A DNA stretch of 64,000 nucleotides, from contig CAWKKR010000006.1 in assembly GCA_963850305.1 (NCBI GenBank), positions 1 to 64,000 of the forward strand, written 5' to 3'. Positions 10,876 to 19,462 of this stretch are shown here, one piece after another. Both the position numbers and the translations under genes were made by a program. Position 1 is the first letter of the stretch; each line of letters begins with the position of its first letter. The notes below the pieces were generated by a model. The model ran no database searches, was not told the DNA's origin, and was given only the letters and a program-made list of their open reading frames with translations. Origin of the DNA: an uncultured delta proteobacterium. GTDB lineage: Bacteria > Myxococcota_A > Polyangia > Polyangiales > Polyangiaceae.

Positions 10876-11688
10876 ATGATCGACATCCCCCCGCCGACCG
10901 TCGCACGCGCGATCGGGATCCTTCGTTCCGGAGCGATGCGAGCCGACGCGTTCGCCCGAGCCATGTGGCCCGAGCGCTCCGCCGACCGCACGCCGGGGGA
11001 GCAGAGCCGGTCCGGCCACGCGCTGCTCCGAGAGTTCGGTCGGGTGGGCTACGTGCAGCAGGTCGGCGATCTCTGGACGCTCCGCACGGTCGGGACTGCG
11101 GACGGACTGCGGGATTTCCCAGTCCCGACAGCAGACGCGACTGCGGTCGGACTGGGAGTGGGACTGCCAGTCCCACCGGCAGACGGACTCCCTGTCGGAC
11201 AGGCATACGGACCGGAAGACGCACTGCCAGCTGGAGCGCCACCCGGATGGCGAGATCAAGTGGCCTCGCGGCAGCGACTCTATCGCTTAGTCGCGCTCGC
11301 GACGGAGCCGGTGCCGACGGTTACGCATGACCGCGTGCTCGGCGATATCGAGATCCGTGGCGTGCCGCTCGATCCCCCGCTGGAAGAGGCGTGCTCCTGG
11401 GTGGTCTTGCGCGGCATCCGCACGAACGTTTATCCGATCGGCAGGACGGAAATGTTGGTGGGGCTATCGCCGATCGAGGCCGCCCGCGCCCTCCACGTGC
11501 GATGGCGACAGTCCGGGGTGCCCCCGGTGATGCTCGACGACGAGGCTTGGTTCTTCGCCGACGATGGCTTGATCGCATCGCCGTTTGACTGGAAACCAGT
11601 GGATGTCGACGAGGAAGAGTGGCTCTGCGGGATGGAACCAGTCCACGAGCACATCCGCCGACAGCGCGCCGAGGCCGGGCTCGCGTGA
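10876..11688 (+). CDS. Hypothetical protein, possible N-terminal winged-HTH followed by a repetitive linker
   Basis: 270-aa ORF with globular-looking N- and C-terminal parts; no family recognised. Confidence 0.55.
   Translation: MIDIPPPTVARAIGILRSGAMRADAFARAMWPERSADRTPGEQSRSGHALLREFGRVGYVQQVGDLWTLRTVGTADGLRDFPVPTADATAVGLGVGLPVPPADGLPVGQAYGPEDALPAGAPPGWRDQVASRQRLYRLVALATEPVPTVTHDRVLGDIEIRGVPLDPPLEEACSWVVLRGIRTNVYPIGRTEMLVGLSPIEAARALHVRWRQSGVPPVMLDDEAWFFADDGLIASPFDWKPVDVDEEEWLCGMEPVHEHIRRQRAEAGLA
11091..11246 (+). repeat. Degenerate 12-bp periodic repeat (consensus ~GGACTGSCAGWC), about 12 units
   Basis: Units include gcgactgcggtc, ggactgggagtg, ggactgccagtc, ccaccggcagac, ggactccctgtc, ggacaggcatac, ggaccggaagac, gcactgccagct. 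Confidence 0.7.
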
Positions 11689-11808
11689 GCGCGGGGGTCG
11701 TGGGCCTGCCGTACGCTCCCGGATGCCCTCGATAAGGGTTCTTATCCCCGACCTCGAGATTTATTCCCGCAGGAAAGAGGGAAACGGACGAATGATACTT
11801 TCTCTCTC

Positions 11809-12045
11809 GTGCACGTGCGTCCCTCCCTCGACAGGCTACGACCCCCTGGCACGATGGCGCTCGCGCCCATGGACGGAGTGACGGACCACGTCTATCGGGA
11901 CCTCGTCACCGCGCGGGCACGACCGGGCGCCATCGCGTTCGCGGTATCGGAGTTTCTTCGCGTGACGGGCCGCACGAAGACCGAGATGCACGGACCTCCG
12001 GCGGACTGGTGCGCGATCGGGCGGGCGCGCGGCGCGGTGAACCTC
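11809..12045 (+). pseudogene. tRNA-dihydrouridine synthase (DusC-like) remnant with internal deletion
   Basis: N-terminal LAPMDGVTD...SEFLRVT is joined directly to the later motif GRTKTEMHGPPADWCAI; the GCP catalytic segment is missing. Confidence 0.75.
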
Positions 12046-12061
12046 GGGCCGCGGGGTCGCG

Positions 12062-13171
12062 TCACCGGCAGTTCGCGGCGGAAAGCGGTTCGCAGAGTCC
12101 GTTCCCGGCGCCTCCCGTCTCCGCGTCGTTCATGCACACGGAGAACGTGTCGCACGTGTCGCTCGCAACGCACGGCGAGCCGTCCGGGACGATGTCGGGA
12201 CAGATCATCTGCCAGCACGTGCCGACGCGGCAGCGCCGAAGCCCGTCGTCGCAGAGCGCGCCGGGCTCTTCCCACTGGATTGGCTGACACACGGCGTCCG
12301 TCGAGCACGCGAGCTTCGGGTCGCAGCCGTGGTCGCCGAGACCCGAGCACGTATAGCCGACAGCCCCGAGGGGGGCGCAGTTTCCGGGGACCCCGGTGCA
12401 GACGAGCGAGGGCGCGCACCCGTAGCCGCCGGGATCCTGGCACGGGGTGCCGACCTTCCCGAGCGGCGTACACGTCTCGTTGGTGCAATAGAGCCCGGGC
12501 TGGCACCGCGCCGGGACGTAGGGGTCGCAGGCGGCGCCGGCTCCGCCGAGCGAGAGCGGTTCGCACTCGGAGGCCCCGATGGTCACGATGTTTTCGGAGA
12601 CGCAGGTCAATCCGTTCGCACAGCCGCCACCTGAACAGACGGCGTCCTTGGCAGCGGCGCTGGCACACGTGCCGCACGTAGCGACGATGGAGATCGGGTG
12701 GTCGGCTGTCTGCTCGATGGTCTGGCCGCCGCTGCAGATCCCACTCTGGCACTGAAGCGCGAGCATGCACGGCGCACCGCCCGGCAAGGAGCCGCGGAGA
12801 TCGCACGCGGGTGGGAGACCATCGAGCGAGCCGCAGCCGGCCGAGTCGAGCGCCGTCGCGCACGCTTCGAGGTCTGCCGCGGAGTAGGCAGCGCCTGTCA
12901 TGTCGAACCGTGCGAGGCACCCTTCGTCGAACCGATCGGCGAGCCGCGCGAGCTCGGCGTCGGAGGGGGTCCTCCCGGCGCACGCTTCCGTCGCATTGAA
13001 GTAGTGCCGGCACGCCGCGACGCGCGCCAGGCCGTTGCCCCCATCGACCGCGGGCATGCCACCGCTTGCCGACGTTCCACCAAAGCTTGCGCCTGCGTTG
13101 CTCACCGCGCCCGTTCCAGCGCACGCCGCGGAAACGAGCAGGACACTCATGGCGCCCCACGCTGCTCTCAT
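12062..13171 (-). CDS. Cys-rich secreted/lipoprotein of myxobacterial type
   Basis: Signal peptide/lipobox VLLVSAAC, Gly/Ala linker and many C-x-x-GL-x-C repeats. Confidence 0.8.
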   Translation of the reverse strand: MRAAWGAMSVLLVSAACAGTGAVSNAGASFGGTSASGGMPAVDGGNGLARVAACRHYFNATEACAGRTPSDAELARLADRFDEGCLARFDMTGAAYSAADLEACATALDSAGCGSLDGLPPACDLRGSLPGGAPCMLALQCQSGICSGGQTIEQTADHPISIVATCGTCASAAAKDAVCSGGGCANGLTCVSENIVTIGASECEPLSLGGAGAACDPYVPARCQPGLYCTNETCTPLGKVGTPCQDPGGYGCAPSLVCTGVPGNCAPLGAVGYTCSGLGDHGCDPKLACSTDAVCQPIQWEEPGALCDDGLRRCRVGTCWQMICPDIVPDGSPCVASDTCDTFSVCMNDAETGGAGNGLCEPLSAANCR

Positions 13172-13199
13172 GTGCAGGGCGCCGTGGCGTCGCGGTGAC

Positions 13200-13595
13200 G
13201 AACACCCTTCGACCCGAGCGAATGTTTCGAGCCGGCAACGTCGTCGTAGGAGTGGGAACAGGCGGTCAGACATAGCTCGACGTCGCTCGCGAGACATCGT
13301 CCATTCCTGCCTGGCGTGCAGTCCGCGTCGCTCTTTCAAAACATGCCCGTGGTGTTCAGGCACGACGTCGCGTCCACCGGAACGGTGCTGCCTCGCTCCA
13401 GCGGGCAGTTCTGCGCGACCGCCCCGTGTGCTTGCGGGATGGCAACGGCGCTGCCGCAGGCCTGGCCGTCAGAAATGGCGGAGCATCCAAGAGTCTGGAA
13501 GCATCCGCGTCGCCTGATGCGTGCGGGACAGCACTCGTCTTGCCGCACGAAGCGCACAAGCACACGCCAATGGCGAAAACGTTCGTGCGGTTCAT
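13200..13595 (-). pseudogene. Degenerate Cys-rich lipoprotein
   Basis: MNRTNVFAIGVCLCASC lipobox, a frameshift, then TTGMF*KSDADCTPGRNGRC with TGA (13336-13338) where Cys is expected. Confidence 0.5.
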
Positions 13596-14021
13596 GGGCC
13601 GACGGGTCCCGCATCGAATGCCGTGCATGTCGAGCTCATCGTTGAATCTCAGCCCTACGCGGTCACGCTGCAAGTAGTCTTGCCCCACGATGACGAGCGC
13701 TTCGTCGACGTCGGATCGCTCGATGATTTCTGAGCTCACAGCCACCTGAATCAACCGAGGCTGACAGCCCCGGTGAGCGAGCTTCATCCAGACGAGCCGG
13801 ATAGGCCAAGACTGACCGAAGAGTCTCGCTCGCTCGGGTGACGGCAGTGTGCGCACGCCGTCGAGCGCTCCTTCGGCCATGACGGTGCGGTTCGAGCCTG
13901 AGTCGACGTAGCACACCGGCGCAGCGGCGATCTCGACGCCGATTTCGAGATCAACGTCTCCGTCGCGGCCCTGCTTGGTGAGGACGTCGTAGATTTCGAG
14001 GTGCGTGAATAATTCACCCAT
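13356..14021 (-). CDS. Retropepsin-like (clan AA) aspartyl protease; domain ~13600-14021, reads in frame into the following lipoprotein signal
   Basis: YVDSGS catalytic motif and downstream IVGQDYL (I/L-L-G-x-D-F-L type) motif about 70 aa later. Confidence 0.7.
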   Translation of the reverse strand: MGELFTHLEIYDVLTKQGRDGDVDLEIGVEIAAAPVCYVDSGSNRTVMAEGALDGVRTLPSPERARLFGQSWPIRLVWMKLAHRGCQPRLIQVAVSSEIIERSDVDEALVIVGQDYLQRDRVGLRFNDELDMHGIRCGTRRPMNRTNVFAIGVCLCASCGKTSAVPHASGDADASRLLDAPPFLTARPAAAPLPSRKHTGRSRRTARWSEAAPFRWTRRRA

Positions 14022-14320
14022 CGGTTTCGATTATGCACGAAATGCCTTCGATTGCCAGACGGTCAAGTCTCAGAGCTGGCTCGAAGCCGTCGGCGACGCT
14101 CACGCTCTCGACGCCATGACCGCGCGGATCGTCGAGCGTCGAGAGCGTGTCCGCGATGCCGGTGCGGGTGAGCCCGTCGAGCCGGTACAGATAATGAGAG
14201 TGAGCGCGCGGCTCCGACGAGCGCCACGCCGGGCGCGGAGGCGCGGTGGCGACGCGTACTGCACGCGCGCCCCTGCCGCGATCGGCAAGGTCGCCCGCGC
14301 TGGACCCGATGAACCCGCCC

Positions 14321-15337
14321 TCAAAGCAGCCCTTCGCCTGCTCCACGTTCGTGCAAAGTCTCTCTCTGAATGTACCCGCGAGCGACGCGCTCGGACTTGT
14401 GTCGCGACGTCACCATGATCGAGTCGAGGTCCTTGCCGCGCCGAGCGGCGGTCGTGATGAAACCGGATCTCAGACTGTGCGCGCCGAACTCGTCGAATGG
14501 CAAGCCGGCGACCTTCGCATATCTGCGCACGCGGTCGAGGACGGCCGGCGGAGACAGTCGCTCGCCGAGCCTCTGCTGCCGCCCGAGCCGCCGGAAGATC
14601 GGTCCGTCAACGATGCCGCTCGCCGCGAGCCAAGCGTCGAGCGATCTCATCGGGCAATGCTCTGCGAGGTTCGAGAAGAACATCGGCACCTCCTCGCCTC
14701 GTTTTTCCTGATCCGTTTTGCTGGTCGCAACGAACACGACGCCACCTTTCGGCGCGCGAGTTACATTCGCAACGTCGAGCGCGACCAACTCGGAACGTCG
14801 GAGCGCCGCACACCAGCCGAGCGTCAGAAGCGACCGATCACGCAATCCAAGCAGGTCGTCGATCGGGACCACGGCCAGCAGCCGGCGGAGCACTTCCTCG
14901 TCCGCGGCACGCATCTTTTCTGGACGAACGCCGAGCTCCTTTTTGAGCCCCGCACGCATGTCCGCTACGTGGGGATGTTTCCAGGGCGAGGGATGTTCCG
15001 CTCGGACGTGCGCCGTGCAGATCGCGGCGAGCGCCCTCTCGATGCTCGAGTATTTGTAGCCCTGGTCAGCGAGCGAACGCATGTGCATCACGACCGTCGC
15101 GGGCGCCGCGGGCATCGGTGTGAGCTCCACCGAGTTGCACCATGCGACGAAGCGTCGCAGATCACCTTCGTACGCGCGCCGGGTATTTATGGGAACCGCG
15201 TCGTCGAGCGTCGTGCGGGTACGTTCGACGAGCGCGGCAAGCTCGATCGAGACCGAGGGAGCGACCGTGAGCGCCGTCGTCGGCGAGTCATCGTCGACCG
15301 GCACGATCACGCTCACATCGTCGAGCAAAAGCGCCAA
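14321..15337 (-). CDS. Tyrosine recombinase, Cre/TnpS-like
   Basis: NTRRAY N-domain, RDRSLL..G...ALRRSEL (Arg), SKTDQ (Lys), AHSLRSGF (HxxR), SRHKS, GYIQ (Tyr). Confidence 0.93.
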   Translation of the reverse strand: MALLLDDVSVIVPVDDDSPTTALTVAPSVSIELAALVERTRTTLDDAVPINTRRAYEGDLRRFVAWCNSVELTPMPAAPATVVMHMRSLADQGYKYSSIERALAAICTAHVRAEHPSPWKHPHVADMRAGLKKELGVRPEKMRAADEEVLRRLLAVVPIDDLLGLRDRSLLTLGWCAALRRSELVALDVANVTRAPKGGVVFVATSKTDQEKRGEEVPMFFSNLAEHCPMRSLDAWLAASGIVDGPIFRRLGRQQRLGERLSPPAVLDRVRRYAKVAGLPFDEFGAHSLRSGFITTAARRGKDLDSIMVTSRHKSERVARGYIQRETLHERGAGEGLL

Positions 15338-15342
15338 GGCGG

Positions 15343-15585
15343 TCAGTCGTCGTCGTCCGGGTCGCCGTCGCCCAGCTCATCTTCGTCTTCGTCTTCGTCC
15401 TCGTCCTCGTCCTCGTCCTCGTCGTCCAAGTCGTCCAAGAGGTCTGAAACGTCGGTCGAGCACCAAACGAATGCGTTACCCACTCGCTGGACACCGTTGT
15501 CCTCCGCCCAGGCTCGCGCCTCGGTTTCGGAAATTTCAGCCTCATCTGCCACTTCGGTCGTGCTCATCAAGGCGTTGTCGTTCAT
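15343..15585 (-). CDS. Small HTH-like protein with poly-Asp/Glu tail
   Basis: MSTTEVADEAEISETEARAWA followed by DDLDDEDEDEDEDEDEDEDELGDGDPDDDD. Confidence 0.65.
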   Translation of the reverse strand: MNDNALMSTTEVADEAEISETEARAWAEDNGVQRVGNAFVWCSTDVSDLLDDLDDEDEDEDEDEDEDEDELGDGDPDDDD

Positions 15586-15653
15586 GAGATCAACAGTAGG
15601 TCGTGATTCGATTCGCGACCCCGATTCCGAACTACTCCGACGCATGGAACACA

Positions 15654-16349
15654 TCACCTGATCGCGACCACGCGAAGCCATCGCTTCACCTGGGTGTGCG
15701 TGATCGGTCCGCCTTTTCGCGAACGGTGCCCAGCCTCGGTCAGCCGCTTTGCGATTTGCCGCAGCGCCAAGCCGGAGGCCAACAGCTCGATCGCCGTCGC
15801 GATGGCGCGCTGTTCCTCAGGATCCGGCTCGAGGTGCACGCCGTCCTCGGCGAGCCGAAAGCCCGCAGGGATTACACCCGTGCGTTCGCCGCACTTACGC
15901 TTCCGCGCGAGCCCGCGCCGGATTTGCCTTTGGTGCTCCGCTCGCTCTCGGGCCACCCATCGCACAACGTGATCCGCGGGGTCGAGACGCAGACCAGTGG
16001 GCGTGACCACGCAGACGCCGAGCCTTACGACGAGCTGGCAGACGCGGGCGCGTGTCGGCGCCAGATGCCGCAGTGCGAGCACGCACAGGAGATCGAACCC
16101 GCCGCGACTCCCGCGCCGAACGAGGCGGCCTCGCATCGGCCGCGCATGACGGCCCTTGCATTGCTCCGCGTAGATGCCGATTGGCACGCCCAAGGAGCGC
16201 TGAAATGCGCGGAGCCTCTCCCGAAGCGCTGCAGCCTTCGCATCGTCGTTGCAGGGGGCGAGCAGGTACGCCGCGACGCGGCGCGGGGCGCTCTCCGTCG
16301 AGTTCGGCGGGGTCTCGCGGTTGCCAAGGGGCTCCTGTCGCTCAGTCAT
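15654..16349 (-). CDS. Serine recombinase/resolvase-like protein with degenerate active site
   Basis: RVAAYLLAP in place of YxRVS, FDLLCVLALRHL in place of DRL, then ERAEHQRQIRRGLARKRKCGERTGVIPAGF and a recombinase DNA-binding domain; GGAGG RBS. Confidence 0.8.
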   Translation of the reverse strand: MTERQEPLGNRETPPNSTESAPRRVAAYLLAPCNDDAKAAALRERLRAFQRSLGVPIGIYAEQCKGRHARPMRGRLVRRGSRGGFDLLCVLALRHLAPTRARVCQLVVRLGVCVVTPTGLRLDPADHVVRWVARERAEHQRQIRRGLARKRKCGERTGVIPAGFRLAEDGVHLEPDPEEQRAIATAIELLASGLALRQIAKRLTEAGHRSRKGGPITHTQVKRWLRVVAIR

Positions 16350-16496
16350 GGTGTCCCTCCTTCGGCCAGAACGGCGCGGCGCGCGACCAGCCCCCTGCGT
16401 GCACGGACTGCCCGTGAGCGCCTCGGCGACCCCGGCCGGGTATCGAGGAGGAGCGGACGCGGGCGGGGGCGATGCCAGGCAGGGCAGCGCCCCCAG

Positions 16497-16777
16497 CTGA
16501 AGGACTCGAAGGGGCACCCTTCAGGATCTGAACGAGGCGAACTAATGGAAACTAACCTGGAAACTCTCCGACTGAAGGACCTGAAGGACTTTTCGGGGGT
16601 TACTTGTAGGCGGGGGGAAAGATCATAAAAACCAAAACCAAAATCGATCTCTTCACCTCTCGCGTAGGGGGGATCCACGAGAAGTCCTTCAGGTCCTTCA
16701 GCCGGTCTGTACTTAGTTGAATACATTATGTTTCTGGCTGAAGGACTATCCCCAAAATCCTCCAGCGAGTCCTTCAG
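16497..16777. repeat. Iteron cluster, putative replication origin
   Basis: CTGAAGGAC direct at 16497, 16572, 16581 and 16738, inverted at 16684, 16693 and 16769, plus a partial copy at 16518; AT-rich tracts; immediately downstream of the primase-helicase gene. Confidence 0.8.
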
Positions 16778-16780
16778 CCG

Positions 16781-19462
16781 TCACTTGTCACTGGAATTTG
16801 CGCGGGCCGCACGCTCCGCGTGTCTCGCCATCGTCCGCTCCGCCTCCGCGGCGCGGATATGTTCGACCTGCATGCGAGCCCGCAGCCGTAGCGGATAAAA
16901 GTTGCCCCTCTCGGTGTGGACGCTGGCGTAGCCCGCCTGAGCGAGCCGCTCCGCGAACTTGTTCTGCGCGAGCTGCCGGTGCCCCGTGCGCTCGGCCCAG
17001 TCCTTGTAGTGTTCGTAGGTGTCGGTCGCTCCCGTCCAGTCGTGATCTCCTGTTGTCGGACGCAGGTCCTTGGCGGGAAACGTTTTCTCTTCGACGAACT
17101 GCGCCACTTGATTCGCGGTCCGCTTCCAAGCCCGCATCTCTTCTTCGTGGCTCTCCGGGATCGTGAAGTTCTTCTGGCGTAGCGCGCGCACAGCACCCTC
17201 GAGCCCCCAGGGGACGATCAGCTCGCGCTCGATTTTGACGATCTCACGCCCGACTTCCCGGATGAATCCACGATCCGTTGGGCTAAACGTTCGATTGAAC
17301 GTGAGGATAATGAACCGCCGGAAGAAGGCGTGTGTGAGGTCATTGGTGCCAGGCAGTTTGTTGCACGAATAGTAGTGCAGCGCCTGACACATTAGGTCGA
17401 AGGGACGTTCCCAAATCATGCGAGCCTGGATCGGATCGCCCGTGATGATCGCCTTGAAGCTTTGTGTCTCGATGATGTCGGCCTCCGGCAGCTCACCGAC
17501 TACGTTGAGCCGTTTGCCCGCGAACATCGCGCGCCGGTACTGATCCTCGAACATCTGCGGAGGCACGTGAGTCACCCACTCCGGCCGCATGCACCCTTCC
17601 AGGATTGCGCCGCACTGACTTTTTCCGTTGCTTCCGTTTTCCTGGCCTTCACCAGTCTTACCGAGGGCGACGATGCATTGCTCGAGCTGTGCGCCCTTTC
17701 CGATGATCGCGATGCCGAGCATCTCTTGGAACAGGCTGATCTTCTGCGCCTTGTCGTGATCGTCGCGCCACACATCATCTAGGTACGTGAGGCAGAGCTC
17801 GGGGACCGCGCCCGGCTGAAACGCGAACGAGTAGCCATGTCGTGCGCGGTGCTCCGGCGCGTGCGGGTGGATGTGGATCCCCTCGTCCGTGACTTCGGCG
17901 AACCCGTTCAGGAAAACCACGCCGGACTTTGCCTCGGCGAAGAAGAGTGGTTGTGCCGCGCGGTGTCCGGCGAGCTCGATCGTACCTCGGACTTCGCCCG
18001 CATTGATTTTCAGAGGTTTCACGCCATTTGATGTTGGGATCCACGCCCCAGCGAATCCTTGGATGATGAGACTCTGCTGCGCTACTTCGACGGGGCGCCA
18101 CAGACCGCTGTCTTCGTCGTACTTGTGGAGCGCCCCTTCGTCGTGGACCAGATCCGGACCCTCCTCGCGAAGCTTGGTGAGCAGCTCGACAGAGATTTCA
18201 GCGTGATCCCCGCGTTTGAATTGCAACCGAGATCGTGAGACGCGCGCGAACTCTGCTCGCGCCCACTCCACTGCCTTCGGGTCGACGCGCTCGAGTAGCT
18301 TCAGCGTCTTCTTCGCGTCGAGATCGCCGCACGAATGCTTGCAGATGAAGTATCCGAGCCCCGCTTCGTTCGGGTCCGCGATCATCGTCGAGCCGTCGAA
18401 TCGTTCGCCGCAGGAGTGATGTCGTTCCAGGGGGCACTCGACGGCGTAGCCTGAAATGCTGTCTCGCTCGATGCGGTCGCCGAGCATGCCGGCCTTCGCG
18501 AACGCGAGCGCGAGCAAACCTTCGGCGGGATCGATGCTCGACGCCGCGCGAGATTCGTGCGTTGTCGGAGCCACGTACCACGTGGGATCGAACCCTGTGC
18601 GCTCGAGGAACACGTCGAGATCGAGGGCGTTACCTGGGACGATTACCGTCTCTGGCGGGGCTTGATCCTTCGTACGTTTCCCTGCCAAGAAGATCGGCTG
18701 CCCGAGGCGATCCGTAGTGTGATCGAAGCCGTAGATGGGTTTATCGGCCGCCGTTTGGGGTGGGATGAACGTGAGCGCCGCCGCCCCCGCGAACACGCCG
18801 ACCAGCCACCTCCAGATGGCGCGCCAGGCGGGCTTCACGCCGGACCACCCATGCACGAGTACCATCGAAAGGTGCCACTTCGGCTTTTCCGGCGTGTGAC
18901 TGCTCGAGTGCTGGATGACGTAACCGATTCGGGCGGCTTCGAGGATCCGGCGGATCCGGTGCCAGTCGCCCCGGTCATCGCAATCCAGGGTGATGATCGT
19001 GATCTCTTCGATGTCCACATCACGGCACCTTCCATTTTTGGAAACTGCGCCAATGAACGATCGTCCGGTGCCTTTGGGCACTACACGCTTCGCGTATTTG
19101 ACGAGCATCGCACCGAACTCCGCGAAGGGTACGGAGAAGGGAGCGCCGTCGATCGTGTCGTGCTTGCCCCCCTCATACTGAAACCATCGTACGAGGGGGG
19201 GCATCGTGCCCGTGCAGTCGGCGAGGAGGTTCGCGGCGTCCTGCTCACTCAGAGCACATGTCCGGGCGAACCCCGCACACGTGATGCGGTCCAGTAACTT
19301 CGGCGCGTCGTCGCCTGTCGACGGCGCGGCTCCGCCTGACGGCGCGGCTCCGTTTGACGGCGCGGCTCCGTTTGACGGCGGTGCGTCCGGTGTCGTCGGT
19401 GCCCCTGGCGCTACGGCGCTAGCGGCCAGCATCGCCCGTAGCTTCTGCTGGAGCGTGCTCAC
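16781..19462 (-). CDS. Phage/plasmid primase-helicase (AEP primase, Zn ribbon, D5_N, SF3 helicase; P4 alpha-like)
   Basis: LDCDD and HSSSHTPEKPKW primase motifs, CPLERHH...CKHSC, Walker A GSNGKS, FKAIITGDPIQAR, CNKLP, FFRRFIILTF. Confidence 0.9.
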   Translation of the reverse strand: MSTLQQKLRAMLAASAVAPGAPTTPDAPPSNGAAPSNGAAPSGGAAPSTGDDAPKLLDRITCAGFARTCALSEQDAANLLADCTGTMPPLVRWFQYEGGKHDTIDGAPFSVPFAEFGAMLVKYAKRVVPKGTGRSFIGAVSKNGRCRDVDIEEITIITLDCDDRGDWHRIRRILEAARIGYVIQHSSSHTPEKPKWHLSMVLVHGWSGVKPAWRAIWRWLVGVFAGAAALTFIPPQTAADKPIYGFDHTTDRLGQPIFLAGKRTKDQAPPETVIVPGNALDLDVFLERTGFDPTWYVAPTTHESRAASSIDPAEGLLALAFAKAGMLGDRIERDSISGYAVECPLERHHSCGERFDGSTMIADPNEAGLGYFICKHSCGDLDAKKTLKLLERVDPKAVEWARAEFARVSRSRLQFKRGDHAEISVELLTKLREEGPDLVHDEGALHKYDEDSGLWRPVEVAQQSLIIQGFAGAWIPTSNGVKPLKINAGEVRGTIELAGHRAAQPLFFAEAKSGVVFLNGFAEVTDEGIHIHPHAPEHRARHGYSFAFQPGAVPELCLTYLDDVWRDDHDKAQKISLFQEMLGIAIIGKGAQLEQCIVALGKTGEGQENGSNGKSQCGAILEGCMRPEWVTHVPPQMFEDQYRRAMFAGKRLNVVGELPEADIIETQSFKAIITGDPIQARMIWERPFDLMCQALHYYSCNKLPGTNDLTHAFFRRFIILTFNRTFSPTDRGFIREVGREIVKIERELIVPWGLEGAVRALRQKNFTIPESHEEEMRAWKRTANQVAQFVEEKTFPAKDLRPTTGDHDWTGATDTYEHYKDWAERTGHRQLAQNKFAERLAQAGYASVHTERGNFYPLRLRARMQVEHIRAAEAERTMARHAERAARANSSDK
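19320..19381 (-). repeat. 18-bp coding tandem repeat (SNGAAP x3-4)
   Basis: GACGGCGCGGCTCCG(CCT/TTT) repeated in the primase N-terminal linker. Confidence 0.8.

Noticed and set aside
11091..11246. CRISPR array
   Set aside because: Units are 12 bp, contiguous and degenerate with no spacers; no cas genes or repeat-spacer arrays were seen anywhere in the window.
13336..13338. TGA at a Cys position as selenocysteine
   Set aside because: The same gene has a frameshift and decays downstream, and no SECIS-like hairpin was recognised; a nonsense mutation is more likely.
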